A stretch of 64,000 nt of DNA. Origin: Eledone cirrhosa (taxonomy: Eukaryota). Positions 38,002 through 51,362 of this stretch are shown piece by piece. Under the pieces are notes generated by a model that was given only the letters and a program-made list of their open reading frames with translations, was not told the DNA's origin and did not search any database. The DNA is taken from positions 275,156,001 to 275,220,000 of the forward strand of contig OZ024740.1 in assembly GCA_964016885.1 (NCBI GenBank). Direction: 5' to 3'. The number at the start of each line of letters is the position of its first letter. Within the stretch, counting starts at the first letter, position 1. The position numbers and the translations under genes are program-made.

Positions 38002-41000
38002 ATGAATGTAGGCACCTTAAAGGGTCGCTCTAACGAGGTTGTAGAAATGCTCGAACGTAAGGAGGTCGATGTTTGTTGTATTAAAGAGACCAGGTGTAGG
38101 GGTGGGTCTGCTAGATTCATTGAGGGTAAAAAACGATACTATAAGCTTTTCTGGGTGGGAAATGACGATGGGCTGGGTGGAGTAGGAATCATGGTAGCAG
38201 AAAAGTGAGCAGATAAGATAATAGACGTAAATAGAGTGAACGACAGAATAATTAAAATAAGACTTGTCCTCAATAGAACTACGGTGACAGTAATATCTGC
38301 GTACACACCCCAATCCGGACTGCCCGGCACTATAAAAGACAGATTCTATGAGACACTGATGCTCACTACCTCCCAAATAACCGACAGTGACTATATAATT
38401 ATTGCAGGCGACCTAAATGGTCACGTTGGACAACATTGTGACGGCTACGACGAAATCCATGGAGGCTATGGGTTTGGTACTAGAAATGAGGAAGGCTCCA
38501 GAATCCTGGAATTCTGTGACGCAAATAACCTAACTATCTGTAACACTAACTTCAAAAAACGTGACAATCACCTGATCACCTATAGATCCGGGGAACACAC
38601 AAGCCAGGTAGATTATATCCTTACCAGAAGACGTGACAGAGTGTCTGTTGTAAACACTAAATCCCTCCCCCATGAAGAATGCACCTCCCAACATAGACTG
38701 ATAATTAGCGACCTAATAGTCAGGACGAGACGTACTAGACAACAGAAGAGGACTATCCTCAGGAGAAAAATATGGAAGCTAAAGGACCCCACAGCCAGAA
38801 ATAAATTTAAAAGCATACTACTTGATGCTTTCGACAGTAAGGAAGAGCAATTAGAGTCGTACAATATAGAGGAGCAGTGGGAATTCCTGAAAGCAAACCT
38901 GCTGATGGCGGCAGACGAAGTCTGTGGCTGGAGCAGGCCTGTAGGCAGGAGGAGAGTAACATGGTGGTGGAACAGTAAGGTGGAGGGGTCAATTAAGGCC
39001 AAAAAGCAGTCTTGGAAAGTATGGCAGGATGGGGGAAGTAGAGAAGACTATCAAGTGGTCAGGAGGGAAGCTAGGAGAAAAGTGTACTTCGCAAGAAGGG
39101 AAGCAGAGGAAAGAAAGTTCAAGCATGTTCTACAACGCGAGGACCAAAAACGTGAGGTGTTCAGGATTGCTAGGCAATGTGTCAAGGAAAACCGTGATAT
39201 TGTCGGGGAGAAGTGTGTACTTAATGATGATGGCGTACTTGCCATCACCGACGCTGATAAGAAGGTAGCTTGGAAGTGTCACTATGAAAGGCTACTAAAT
39301 GAGGAGAATAAATGGGAGAAAGACAGTCTCCCCCACATCGACCCAATAGAGGGACCAGCAGTGTTAGTCGAGGGTAGTATAGTAAGTAAGGCAATCAAGG
39401 ATATGAAGACGGGTAAGGCAGCTGGGCCTTCGGAAATAGTTGCTGAGATGCTGAAGGCATCTGGCACGGTGGGACACACCATGGTCACCCGGATAGTTAA
39501 CCAAGTCGTACAGAATGGAATTGTTCCGAAGGACTGGCATAGCAGCATCATCGTTAACTGTTATAAGGGTAAAGGAGATGCCCTAGATAGGAGTAACTAT
39601 AGAGGCATTAAATTAATCGACCAGGTCATGAAGGTCACGGAAAAAGTAATAGCGCAACTAATCAGAGAGAGAATTGATCTAGATGAAATGCAGTTCGGAT
39701 TTGTGTCAGGCAAAAGTACCACAGACGCTCTTTTCATTGTACGACAACTACAGGAGCAGTACCTAGCTAAAAGTAAATCCCTATACTTAGCTTTTGTCGA
39801 CTTGGAGAAAGCCTTCGACAGAATGCCCCATTCCATTTTCTGGTGGGCTCTTAGAAAACTAGGTGTTGACGAATGGCTTGTGAGAGCTATACAAGCCATG
39901 TATAAAGAAACAGTCAACAAGGTTAGAATTAACAACGAATATAGTGAAGAGTTTAGCGTAAAAGTTGGTGTCCATCAGGGCTCTGTTCTCAGCCCCCTAC
40001 TCTTGAACTCCTCTGTTATAGCCCTTCAGGCTATAACAGAGGAGTTCAAGACCGGCTGCCCATGGGAACTCCTATACGCAGACGCCCTATCACTCATAGC
40101 TGAATCAATGGCCGAGCTAGAGAAGAAATTCCAAACATGGAAGCACGGCCTAGAATCAAAAGGCCTTAAAATTAACCTGGCTAAGACCAAAGTTCTAGTT
40201 TGTAGGAAAGAAAATAAGGCGGCGGTCCCTTCCGGGAAGTGGCCATGCTCAGTGTGTAGGAAAGGCGTAGGTAGAAACTCCATTTTGTGTCAGAAATGCA
40301 AAGTATGGGTGCATAAAAGATGTAGTGGGATCACAGGTAAGCTAACTAAGAACATAGATTTCACATGTGGCCGGTGCTCTGGTGCAATAAGTAGCAGCAA
40401 GTGCCCACAAAATACTAGCTCTTTCAATTGCGCAGAGGGTTCTATAGAAATAGTGGACAGCTTCCGTTACCTGGGCGATAAAATCAGCAGTGGGGGAGGG
40501 TGCTCTGAAAGTACAGTAGCTAGAGTCAGAACTGGATGGAAAAAGTTCAGAGAGCTTATACCTCTATTAGCCGCTAAAGGGTTCTCCCTAAAAATGAAAG
40601 GCAGGTTGTATGATGCCTGCATACGAACAGCAATGTTGCATGGCAGTGAGACCTGGGCATTGTGTGCAGAGGATATACGCAGACTAGAGAGGAACGAAGC
40701 TTGCATGCTCCGCTGGATGTGTAATAGTAATATACGTGAACGGCAAAGCATAAACGAACTAAGGAAAAAATTAGAAATAAGAGGGATCAGATGGTGTTTA
40801 CTCGAGAGAAGGCTACGTTGGTATGGACACGTGATGCGCATGAAAGACGATAGCTGTATAGCAAAGTGCAGGGCAATAAAGATAGACGGTAGCCACGGAA
40901 TAGGCAGACCCAGAAAAACCTGGGGCGAGCTGATAAACTCCGACCTCACACACTTACACCTCTCCAAGACAATATCAATGGACCGAGACCTTTGGCGGTA

Positions 41001-41070
41001 CTCAGTAATAGAGAAGCCCTCCTTACCTAAATATATAGTAAATCCTACTACAGTCAGTAGGCATCTCTAA
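38002..41070 (+). pseudogene. RTE ORF: APE endonuclease + reverse transcriptase + PHD-like Zn finger; one in-frame TGA and YADD changed to YADA
   Basis: GTMNVGTLKGR, DVCCIKET, SAYTPQ, IAGDLNGHVG, SQVDYIL, SQHRL (APE); NYRGIKL, QFGFVSG, FVDLEKAFD, GVHQGSVLSPLL, YADAL, FRYLG (RT); ORFs 38002-38208 and 38236-41070 are in the same frame, separated by TGA at 38206-38208. Confidence 0.95.
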
Positions 41071-42111
41071 CAAATACACCCCCGTCCCACCACCCCCACC
41101 CCATCCACACCGCCCCCTTCTATGTAAAGTTATGTTGGTGCCACACCATCCAGGCCGAAACAAATGAGATCGTGTAGGTGTCACGACAAAAAAACACACA
41201 GTCCACGCTGTAATGTGGCCGTGTAGGCAACACGGTAAAAACCTCCCAGACCCACACTGTAAATGTGGTTGGTGTTAGGAAGGGCATCCAACTGTAGAAA
41301 ACCTGCCAGACAGTCCTATGCGAGCAAGACAATCACTCTTGCCTCAAGTGGGAAAACCCCCGTCCAAACCCATGCAAGCGTGGAACACGGACGTTAAACA
41401 TTGATGATGATGATGATGATGATATATATATATATATATTACTGTGTATAGAATATACATGATGATGATGATATATATATATAGAAATCCTTTCATCTAT
41501 CCACTTTAACACTGCTGACTTATTCTACTAAGTCTTACTTAACATTTTTGATACAAAAATCCCTGCCACACTCTCTGGTTCTTCAATATGAAAGATATTA
41601 ATTTATAAATGTTTTTATTTATTCAAAAGCTGCTTTGATATGTTCCTAACCTCAGTGAAACTTTGACCAGTGACAATTAACCCATTCCTGACCTATTTTT
41701 AATGAAATATATTGTCTATTATTTTTAAATAATTTTGAAAATAATGAAGAATTTGTCAGAATTAAGTAATTTAATTCATTTTATCATTATTAAGATGGTG
41801 TTTAAAACATAAAATGTTCTCTCATAAAAATATAATGGAATGTTTAAATTTATATATGAAAGACTGACTCCTCTCTACACAGCATATGAGTAGGACATGT
41901 TTACCTAACGGGACTAGCCTCAGAACATGACAGCCCATGTAACCCATGCAAGCAGGGAAGATAGACATTAAACTGTATTCATGATGATATGAACACTGAT
42001 CAGGGTGTCATTTTCTCTTGATCAAGACACTTTATTTCACATTAATGTCTTATGAAATACAACCTTCTAGAAATCCAGCTAAACCTGTATGAGTGAGAGC
42101 TGTAAATTTAA

Positions 42112-42331
42112 CCCTTTAATGTTCAAACTGGCCAAAACCGGCCAGAATTCTCTACCTTTTTCTGTTGAAACTGGCTGTAACTGGTCACTCAAACTGATGT
42201 TAAAGTATTGTTCTCAAAATAAATACTTTCAAAATCTCATAGATTCGATATTATGTGTGATAATTATGTGAGGTAAAGCCTTTACCATGAAAATATAATA
42301 GTATATATAGAGTAATGTGAATGCTAAAGGG
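42112..42331. mobile_element. piggyBac-like MITE
   Basis: TTAA on both sides; imperfect TIRs CCCTTTAATGTTCA / TGAATGCTAAAGGG; a matching right end also occurs at ~56275-56290. Confidence 0.6.
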
Positions 42332-42404
42332 TTAAATTAAATTAATTTCATTCATGCACACACATACGCGCACACACACACACACACACATGCAGGGTAT
42401 ATTA

Positions 42405-44460
42405 CATAGAGGCTAGACGACAAGTATACTTGGCAAGGAGGGAAGAAGCAGATAAAAATTTCAAGCATATTTTGCAGTGGTAAGACCAGAAACATAAGGT
42501 GTTTAGGAATGCGAGGCAGTGCATTTGGGAAAATTGTGATGTCATTGGGGAGAAGTGTGTCTATGATGATAACGGTGCACTTGCCATCACAGATGTTGTA
42601 ACGAATGTAGCATGGAATAGCTATTATGAAAGATTATTGAATGAGGAGAATGCATGGGAGAAAGAGACACTACCCTAAGTGGAACCAACAAAGGGCCCAG
42701 CTATACAAGTCAGTAGCAGTGTAGTAAGGCAATTAAGGATATGAAGACTGGGAAAGCAACTGGTCCATCAGGGATAGTTGCCAAGATGCTGAAAGCATGT
42801 TTCACTTCTTAACCACATGTATTGTAAACCAAGTAATACTAAACGGTGTCATAATAAATGATTGGCACAGCAGCATCATTGTCAACTGCTACAAGGGTAA
42901 AGGAGGTGCACTAGATAAGGGAGAATATAGAAGCATCAAGTTGATGGACCTGGTCATGAAAGTAACAGGAGTTATATCACAGCTGATTAGGGATTTGGTA
43001 AATCTAGATGAGATGCAGTTTGGATTTGTGCCAGGTAAAAGCACCACAGATACTCTCTTCCTTGTGAAGCAGCTACAGGAGAAGTACCTACCTATAAGTA
43101 AGCCGCTCTACCTGACATTTGTTGATCTGGAGAAAGCTTTTAACAGAGTCCCCTGTGTCATAATCTGGTGGCCTCTTAGAAAACTAGGAGTAGACAAGCG
43201 ACTTGTGAAGCAGTATAAGCCATGTCAGTAAAGTTAGGATTAACAACCACTATAGCGAGGAATTTAGCGTGCAGGCTGGTGGCCACCAAGTCTTCGTTCT
43301 TAGGCCTCGCCTGTTTATTATTGTTCTGCAGACTATAACAGAATAGTTTAAGACTGGCTGATCATGGGAACTCTTGTACATGGATGATCTTACCCTCATA
43401 GCAGAGTCTATGTCAAAATTAGAAAAGAAACTCCAAACCTGAAAGTATGACCTAGATTCAAAGTATTTTAAAGTAAACCTGACAAAGACTAAGGTCCTAG
43501 TAAGTAGAAGGGAAATCAGAACCCTTATCCCCTCAGGGAAATGGTCATATGCAGTGTGTAGGAAAGGTGTAGGTAGAAATTCCATCCTCTGTCCCAATGT
43601 AAAATATGGGTACATGAGATGTAGTGGGATATAAAAATGTAGGTTTTACATGTAGCTTTTGTACCAGAGCAGTAAGCAGCAAACTACCAAAAGAAAGAAG
43701 TGCCATCAAATTCTGGGAAGGTTTGGTAGAAGCAGAAGACAACTCCTGCTACCTGGGTGACCGAATTAGCAGCAGGAGTGGGAGTTCCAAAAATACAGTT
43801 ACCAGGGTGAGAATGGGATGGAAGAATTTCAGGGAAATACTACCCCTGCTAGCTACAAAAGGCTTTACCCCCAAACTGAAAGGTAGACTGTATGATGCAT
43901 GCACACGGAGAGCAATGTTGCATGGTAGTGAGACATGGGCGCTGTTTGCAGAGGACTTGCAAAGATTGGAAAGAAATGAAGCTTACATGCTGTCATGGAT
44001 GTGTAATAGTAATATATGTGAATAATAAAGTATAAACGAACTGAAAGAGAAATTAGGCATAAGATGCAGTGTGCAGAAGAGGAGGCTGCGTTGGTATGGG
44101 CATGTGATGTGTTTGAAAGATGACAGCTGTATAAAAAGATGCAGAGCACTCAAAGTTGATGAAAGCCATGGAATGGAAAGACCGAGGAAGACTTGGAAGG
44201 AGTTGACAAAAGCTGACCTTGTAAAATTGGTTGTATAGGAGTCACGACAAATAACACCCAGCAAACACTGTAAATGTGGTTGGCATTAGAAACGACATCC
44301 TCACATTCGTTAACTCCTAGTTTTTTAAGAGCCCACCAGATGGGGGATTCTGTCAAAAGCTTTCTCCAGGTCAAAAAAAGCCAAGTAGAGGGGCTTACTT
44401 TTAGCTAGGTACTTCTTCTGCAGTTGTCTTACAAGAAAGAGGGCATCTATGGTACTCTTA
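42405..44460 (+). pseudogene. Decayed 5'-truncated RTE LINE, followed by an inverted RTE fragment at ~44300-44460
   Basis: DWHSSIIVNCYKGKG, EMQFGFVPGKSTTD, FVDLEKAF, RLYDACTRRAMLHGSETW with many stops and frameshifts; minus-strand WWALKKLGV piece at the end. Confidence 0.92.
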
Positions 44461-44859
44461 CTTATATATATATTGTATTATATATATATATATATATACA
44501 CACTCACACACACTTACTTAGTCTTTGCATATTCTAGTCAATTACCCCTGATGCCACCATAAAATATCTCTTTCTTTATTCCCTCCTGAGCATCTCCAAC
44601 AAAGGGTTAAGTTTTATGTGGCCTACTATATAAGGTCACTGGTCACTTCCACACAATGCATCTACCAACTGGCTCATGGTAATGATATCTGTGAGACAAG
44701 CTAAAGAATTATCCTGAGTTGGAATATTGGAAAATCCATTGATGAGATTTAATGTGTCCGATATTACTTTTGGAATTAACTGCAAAATATGCACGTTTGT
44801 TACAACTCCAACTAACAATTTTGCTAGGCAAATATTAACTTTTACTTTTTTTAAAGCAT

Positions 44860-45110
44860 CCTTCTTCGAGCATCTGTTGAGTCAGTATTGTTGTATGGAT
44901 CAGGTACATGGACTCTGACACAAGTTCTTGAGAAGAACTAGATGGTGCATACAATAAAATCCTTAGGGTTTTATGAAATATAAAATGGCCTCAACGTATT
45001 ACAAATGAAAGTTTATATGGAAACTTAGCCAATATACAACTACGATTGCTAAAAAGTGGTTATGATTTGCAGGGCATTGCGAGACAAGTAAGAAGGAAGT
45101 TTTACATTTG
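44860..45110 (+). pseudogene. Old RTE/RTE-X-like LINE remnant
   Basis: Translates approximately VLLYGSGTWTL...ELDGAYNKILRVL*NIKWPQRITNESLYGNL...FAGHC. Confidence 0.65.
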
Positions 45111-45260
45111 AAAGACAGAAAACAACTATTTCTTTAGAAATGGTTCTTTCTGTTTTTCCATTAAAAATGTTATGTCATTCATAAATCTCCAGTAAAATTC
45201 TATTTAGTTTTGCTTCTACTTGATATAATATTATTTTAGCTAACGATGTATGTATATGTA

Positions 45261-45314
<54 letters not shown>

Positions 45315-45315
<1 letters not shown>

Positions 45316-46067
45316 TAATATATAAGATCAAAAGATGGTTCAAGGAGTTCCATGTATTTTATTATGCGCATTTCAAAAACAAACATCATCATGCATTAAT
45401 ATTTGTGTTTTCATCAGATAAAACAGGAGGACATGATATGAAGGCTAAAAAACACTTGTGGATAGTGCAGTTTTAAATCAACATATGAGAAGTAGTTTTA
45501 GATTGATGTGTGATATTGGGAAAAATATTTTATTTAGAGAGGGGGGTGGAAAGGATGAAAAAAAGGGGAGGAAATGAGAGTGAAGGTGGAGAGGGAGAGA
45601 TGGGTGATAGAGAGAGAGAGATAGTTTTTATAACTGAGAAAGATATATTGTTTTATATAGAGAGGTTGAAAACCGTTGGAAGATAATGTATAAATTAAAA
45701 GAATTTGAAAATTAACGAAGGGAAAAATATGTACGAAGAAGGAGAGGGAGTTAATATGTATTGAGATTAAAAAGTTTGATGATAGAGAGAATAGAATAAT
45801 GAATTGCGGATGAATATTCTAACGTCAAAAAAGTGTGTGTTTACAAGTATTATGGAAATTTGAAAATTAACGAAGAGAAAAAAAATTATTAAGGTTTGTG
45901 TATTGAAGGATTTGAGAAAAATAATGTGAAGTTAAGGTTTGTATATTGAAGGAATTGATAATATGTGCGAAGAAAGAGTTAATATGTATTAAGAATGAGT
46001 TAGATGATGGGGAGAAAAAATAATGAGTTAAGGATGAATAATCTGGCGTCAAAACAAATGTATATGT
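45315..46067 (-). repeat. Inverted 5' pseudo-LTR of the Penelope-like element (mirror of 48723-49478)
   Basis: About 750 bp, reverse-complement identical apart from a few substitutions. Confidence 0.95.
45357..45423 (-). ncRNA. Hammerhead ribozyme in the inverted pLTR
   Basis: Reverse complement of 49371-49437. Confidence 0.78.
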
Positions 46068-46157
46068 CACCTCCTACATTAACTTGCTCCTTAACGGTTG
46101 AGCGCTTACTCTCATATTGGATACCTTTTGATGGTCTTTTACTTCTTCTTCTACAAC

Positions 46158-47954
46158 ATGGATTATTACAACATAACCAATTCAACTAAAGACATTCCTA
46201 TACCTGGTAAATCTGAATTCACCAAACTTCTAATTGAAAAAACTGACTCCTTCGTAAGAAGACTTAGATGGATAGCCTATTTCTATGACCAGCGCCTAAA
46301 AGGGAACTTCTATACCAAAGAACATAACTTCCTCGATCATCTATTTAACTCTAGAAGAAATCCTCCTTCCAACAAAAATCTAGTGCAATTCGAGGAAGAG
46401 TTAACTAAAATAATAAAAAATCTTAAATTCAAGAGATACCCTTACAAAGGACAAGAGCACCTTGTAAATCTCAAGAACACAATTTCTAACCTAAATTCCT
46501 CAAAAAATGTTTTAGTCCACTCTGACAAAACCAATAACTTATATGGTATTTCCAAGGATAATTATAACAACCTTATCCTAAAGGAACTTAGGAAAAAATA
46601 TCGTAAAACCAACCATGAAAATTTAGAATACATAAACCTTGAAGCCTCTGAGATTATGTCAAAACTTGGCATTGAAAAAAAGACCGAACCATTCCTCCCA
46701 AGAACTCCGAGGATAAATCTCAAGGATCACAAAAACAATTTTCGCACTGAACTACCTGTTAGATTAATCGCCCCCTCTAAATCTGATCTGGCGGTTGTTA
46801 GTAAAGCCATCTTGGATAGAATTATCCCACAGGTTCGTTCTAATTGCTCTTCTTTGAACCTAAATTTATGGTTTGGTACTTCTGAAGTGATTGGCTGGTT
46901 CAACAAATTGGATAATAAAAACAAACTAAAATTTATTCAATTTGTAATTGCCAGCTACTATTCCTCCATTTCGCCTTCACTTCTCAATAATGCTCTATCT
47001 TTCGCACTTAAATATTCTCACATCACCACAGATGAACTTCACATCATCCTCACCGCACGTAAAACCATCCTAGAGTTCAACAACGAATATTGGACCAGAG
47101 CCGATACCTCTAACAACTTCGACATCACAATGGGAGCATCCGATTCATCCCAATTGACTGATTTAATTGGTATCTTTATTTTGAACTCTTTGAGTAGGAA
47201 AATTCCTCAACTTCGCGGTGGAATTTATCGTGACGATGGACTCTTTACTATCTTAAATTGCAATATAGTTAACCTTAATATTATTAAGAACAATATACGT
47301 AATCTCTTTAACCAACATAACCTAAAAATTGAATTTGATAACAGTATCAAACTAGCTAATTTCTTGGATGTATCTCTTAATCTTGACACTGGCCTATATT
47401 ACCCTTACCATAAAAACAATGAGAACCTAAATTATGTTAACTTTAAATCTAACCATCCTACTAATATCAAGAATGCTATAGTTAGTACTATTGGAAAAAG
47501 AATATCTAACATATCTTCTAATAAAAACATCTTTGATGCTAACGCCAATTACTATAATAACGCACTTTCTAAAGCCGGCTATCCTGATAAAATCAAATAT
47601 AGTAAAGAAACAAATTCTAGAAGAACTTACAGTAGAATAATTAATCATGATCATTCCAATAACTTTAATAAAAGACCTAGATACAAAAACATAATCTGGT
47701 ATAATGCTCCTTTCTCCATCTCTATTAATAACAATATTCCTAAATTATTCTTTAGTGCCTTAAATAAATGCTTCCCTCCCTCACATATCTATAGTAAAAT
47801 ATTTAACAAACACACCATACAATTTTCTTATTCTACATCCTCCAATATTTCCAACATTATCTCTAAACACAACAATAAAATACTAAATACTAAATCTCTT
47901 CCTTCCAACACTGAATTTCATAATAACAGTAATAGTACTCCGACGTCATTGTAA
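46158..47954 (+). pseudogene. Penelope-like reverse transcriptase (motif-A Asp apparently replaced by Val)
   Basis: ATG at 46158; STKDIPIP..LIEKTDSFVRRLRW, HSDKTNNLY, INLKDHK..PVRLIAPSKSDL, FIQFVIASYYSSI, FDITMGASDSSQLTDLIG, GIYRDDGL, NFLDVSLNL, YVNFKSNHP, IIWYNAPFS. Confidence 0.92.
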
Positions 47955-48130
47955 ACCCTAGGCTAATTTCTGTAAACCCAAATACAACGTCAAACACAAC
48001 TTCGCTAAATGTTCATAATCCAACTCTAAATCAAGAAACTATTATTCCTATCGCAAACAACTTCTCCAATCCAATTCCTTCTATAGATAACACTAGGTCA
48101 CTCATTAATAATCTCTCTAAATGCAATTTC

Positions 48131-48556
48131 AATTGCCCTATTAAAAATAAATGTCCTCTCAACAACCATTGTCTTGATTAAAACTTAATTTATGAATGTA
48201 AGGTTATAACTAACACCAATTCCTTCACCTATTTTGGCTCCACTTCCACCTCTTTTAAAGCTCGTCTCTATAATCATCATTCATCTTTTAAATACAAACT
48301 TTAAAGAACCAACACGGCTCTCTCAGAACTCATATGGTCCTTGAAAGACAAAAACATTAAATATACCATCTTTTGGAAGAAGGTTTCTTCTGCGTCTTCA
48401 TACTTGAACAGCTCTCTATCTAAAATCTGCAATTTCTGCCTAAATGAAAAATTTACCATTATCTCTAATCTAGATTCTATAATAAATAGACGAACAGATT
48501 TGTTTTCTATCTGCTTGCATAAATTCCATAAGACATTTCACAAAGTATACAGCTAA
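48131..48556 (+). pseudogene. GIY-YIG endonuclease domain of the Penelope-like element (interrupted by stops)
   Basis: NCPIKNKCPLNNHCLD*NLIYECKV...TYFGSTSTSFKARLYNHHSSF..*..TALSELIWSLKD...CNFCLNEK...CLHK. Confidence 0.85.
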
Positions 48557-49370
48557 TATTCAATTCTTTATCAATTTAGAATATTTTCTCAAAGGCACAT
48601 ATACATACACCTCTTTTAAAATATACCCATCTTCCTACCTTATTTCAAAGGGTATTATACACTCTATAATACTTGTTTACTCATTACCCTTACTCTATTT
48701 TCACCTTGTATATTCCTTCGTAACATATACATTTGTTTTGACGCCAGATTATTCATCCTTAACTCATTATTTTTTTCTCCCCATCATCTAACTCATTCTT
48801 AATACATATTAACTCTTTCTTCGCACATATTATCAATTCCTTCAATATACAAACCTTAACTTCACATTATTTTTCTCAAATCCTTCAATACACAAACCTT
48901 AATAATTTTTTTTTCTCTTCGTTAATTTTCAAATTTCCATAATACTTGTAAACATACACACTTTTTTGACGTTAGAATATTCATCCGCAATTCATTATTC
49001 TATTCTCTCTATCATCAAACTTTTTAATCTCAATACATATTAACTCCCTCTCCTTCTTCGTACATATTTTTCCCTTCGTTAATTTTCAAATTCTTTTAAT
49101 TTATACATTATCTTCCAACGGTTTTCAACCTCTCTATGTAAAACAATATATCTTTCTCAGTTATAAAAACTATCTCTCTCTCTCTATCACCCATCTCTCC
49201 CTCTCCACCTTCACTCTCATTTCCTCCCCTTTTTTTCATCCTTTCCACCCCCCTCTCTAAATAAAATATTTTTCCCAATATCACACATCAATCTAAAACT
49301 ACTTCTCATATGTTGATTTAAAACTGCACTATCCACAAGTGTTTTTTAGCCTTCATATCATGTCCTCCTG

Positions 49371-49437
49371 TTTTATCTGATGAAAACACAAATATTAATG
49401 CATGATGATGTTTGTTTTTGAAATGCGCATAATAAAA
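49371..49437 (+). ncRNA. Minimal type I hammerhead ribozyme in the 3' pLTR
   Basis: TTTTAT-CTGATGA-AAACACAAATATTA(atgca)TGATGATGTTTGTTTTT-GAAA-TGCGCA-TA-ATAAAA: canonical core, 6-bp stem I, long stem II, palindromic stem III, AUA triplet. Confidence 0.8.
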
Positions 49438-49565
49438 TACATGGAACTCCTTTAACCATCTTTTGATCTTATATATTATGTATACTCCAGTCCTACAAAC
49501 TGTAGAGTGCTTCTTATCCGATATCTGCATTGCTTTATTGTACTACAATAAAACTCACCTCCTAC

Positions 49566-49915
<350 letters not shown>

Positions 49916-50261
49916 TTATATGAAAGAAATAGATATTTAATTAGTATTGTCATTTTCTTCTATAAAATTTCCCCAAAGCATATGGGTCAGTCATTACGAG
50001 ATATATCAAAAATTCTAGAGAAAACACAGAAAATTAGTCAGATCAGTGAGACCATAGTAGGTATATTATTTCTATTTGAATGGCCATAGACAAGATAACA
50101 ACCAGCTCTGAAGATTTTATTTCACACACCTTCTCTGCTTCTCCTTAAAATTTCTATCCATAATCACCGATATCTGATAGGTATATTCATTCTTGCCTAT
50201 ATGAACACAAACACACACAGACACACACACACAGACACACACACACACACACATTTTTTTT

Positions 50262-50480
50262 TGTTGATCGACTTTCGTCAAATCGGACCGAGGAAACAAT
50301 ATTTCCGTTGGTCTTTCCAATTGTTAATACTATTGATCGGTCTCAACTCCAGGTAGAAGGAGCAACGTGAAATAAATTGTCTTGCTGAAGGACATAATGC
50401 ATCGCCTGGTCCAGGAATCGAACTCACAGCCTCACGATTGTGAATCCAGTTCTCTAACCAAGCAGCCACATGCCTTCACA
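50262..50480 (-). mobile_element. tRNA/CORE-type SINE family C; further copies at ~52240-52430 (+), ~63220-63432 (+) and a fragment at ~58075-58150
   Basis: TGGCTGCTTGGTTAG, GAGTTCGATTCC, CCTT(C/G)AGCAAGAC, and a shared 3' ACAATTGGAAAGACCAA.GGAAA.ATTGTTTCCTCGGTC.GATTTGA.GA. Confidence 0.85.
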
Positions 50481-50676
50481 CCGATTAGAGTTCCCATGTC
50501 GGGGATATATATATATAAATATATGCTTTATATGAAAGAAAATAGCTATTTCATTATCAATGTTATTTTCCATGAGAAATGTTATGCCAATTGTAACTTT
50601 CTGACTAAACTTCTATTTACCATTGCTTCCATTAAAAAAAAATATAATACTATTCTAGCTAATTATATATATCATT

Positions 50677-50825
50677 ATCATCACCATTTAATGCCCATCA
50701 TCTACGCTTACTTGGGTTAGATGGGTCATCCATGTCAAGAATCTTTGCTCAGACGAGACTGTAAATTTGGCCAAGATTTTTACAGCTGGATGCCCTTCCT
50801 AACACCAACCACATTAACTGTGTGG
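50677..50825 (-). mobile_element. RTE 3' tail fragment
   Basis: TACAGCTGGATGCCCTTCCTAACACCAACCAC plus (CAT)n. Confidence 0.7.
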
Positions 50826-51199
50826 AAGTGGATTGCACCATTATGAGAAGGGACAGGTCAGTTGATCAAGCTGAATGCTTCTCACAGTGAAGTCATAGTT
50901 TGGGAGCCACAGTCATATTTACAGTATAGAACTGGATGTGTGTGTGTGTGTGTTTACTTGTGCAGGAATTGATATTTATATTGTCATTGTCATTTTCTGC
51001 CATAGAATTTCCCCAAAGGAATTATGGGTCAACCATACCATTTTTACAACACCGTCCCTCAACACCACCATTCTCCCTCTGTTGCCTTTCCACCACCTTC
51101 ACCATTTCCTTGCTGCCACCTTTCTGAAGGCTGTCATGCATTTCCTGCCCATGTGGAATGACCTACTGGTTGCCATTCACAAAATATTAATTATCACTA

Positions 51200-51362
51200 T
51201 AGAGGGTCGGACGCCATGCTTTCCAGCATAGTTACGTCCCTTTACGATCTGAGTTCAAATCCCGCCGAGGTTGACTTTGCCTTTCATCCTTACGGGGTCA
51301 ATAAAATAAAGTACCAGTAATGCACTGGGTAATTGCTGGCCTTGTGCCTAAAGTAGAAACAA
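51200..51362 (+). mobile_element. Slightly 5'-truncated SINE family A with 16-bp TSD
   Basis: TSD ATTAATTATCACTATA on both sides. Confidence 0.9.

Larger units (their letters stand above)
36671..41423 (+). mobile_element. Near-full-length RTE-clade non-LTR retrotransposon inserted in (TA)n
   Basis: Single APE-RT ORF, C-rich 3' UTR, (TGA)n tail at 41402-41423, (TA)n on both sides; 5' boundary inferred. Confidence 0.85.

Noticed and set aside
38613-40967. Antisense ORFs over the RTE ORF (also 61202-62319, 14316-14732, 22875-23156, 56828-57301)
   Set aside because: Shadows of LINE coding sequence on the opposite strand
45246-45476. Duplicated small ORF (YKIKRW.KEFHVFYYAHFKNK...) also at 49318-49530
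   Set aside because: A by-product of the inverted pLTR; it lies antisense to the hammerhead and has no recognisable domain
45315-49478. DNA transposon with long TIRs
   Set aside because: The internal ORF is a PLE reverse transcriptase + GIY-YIG, not a transposase; the asymmetric extension fits inverted pLTRs
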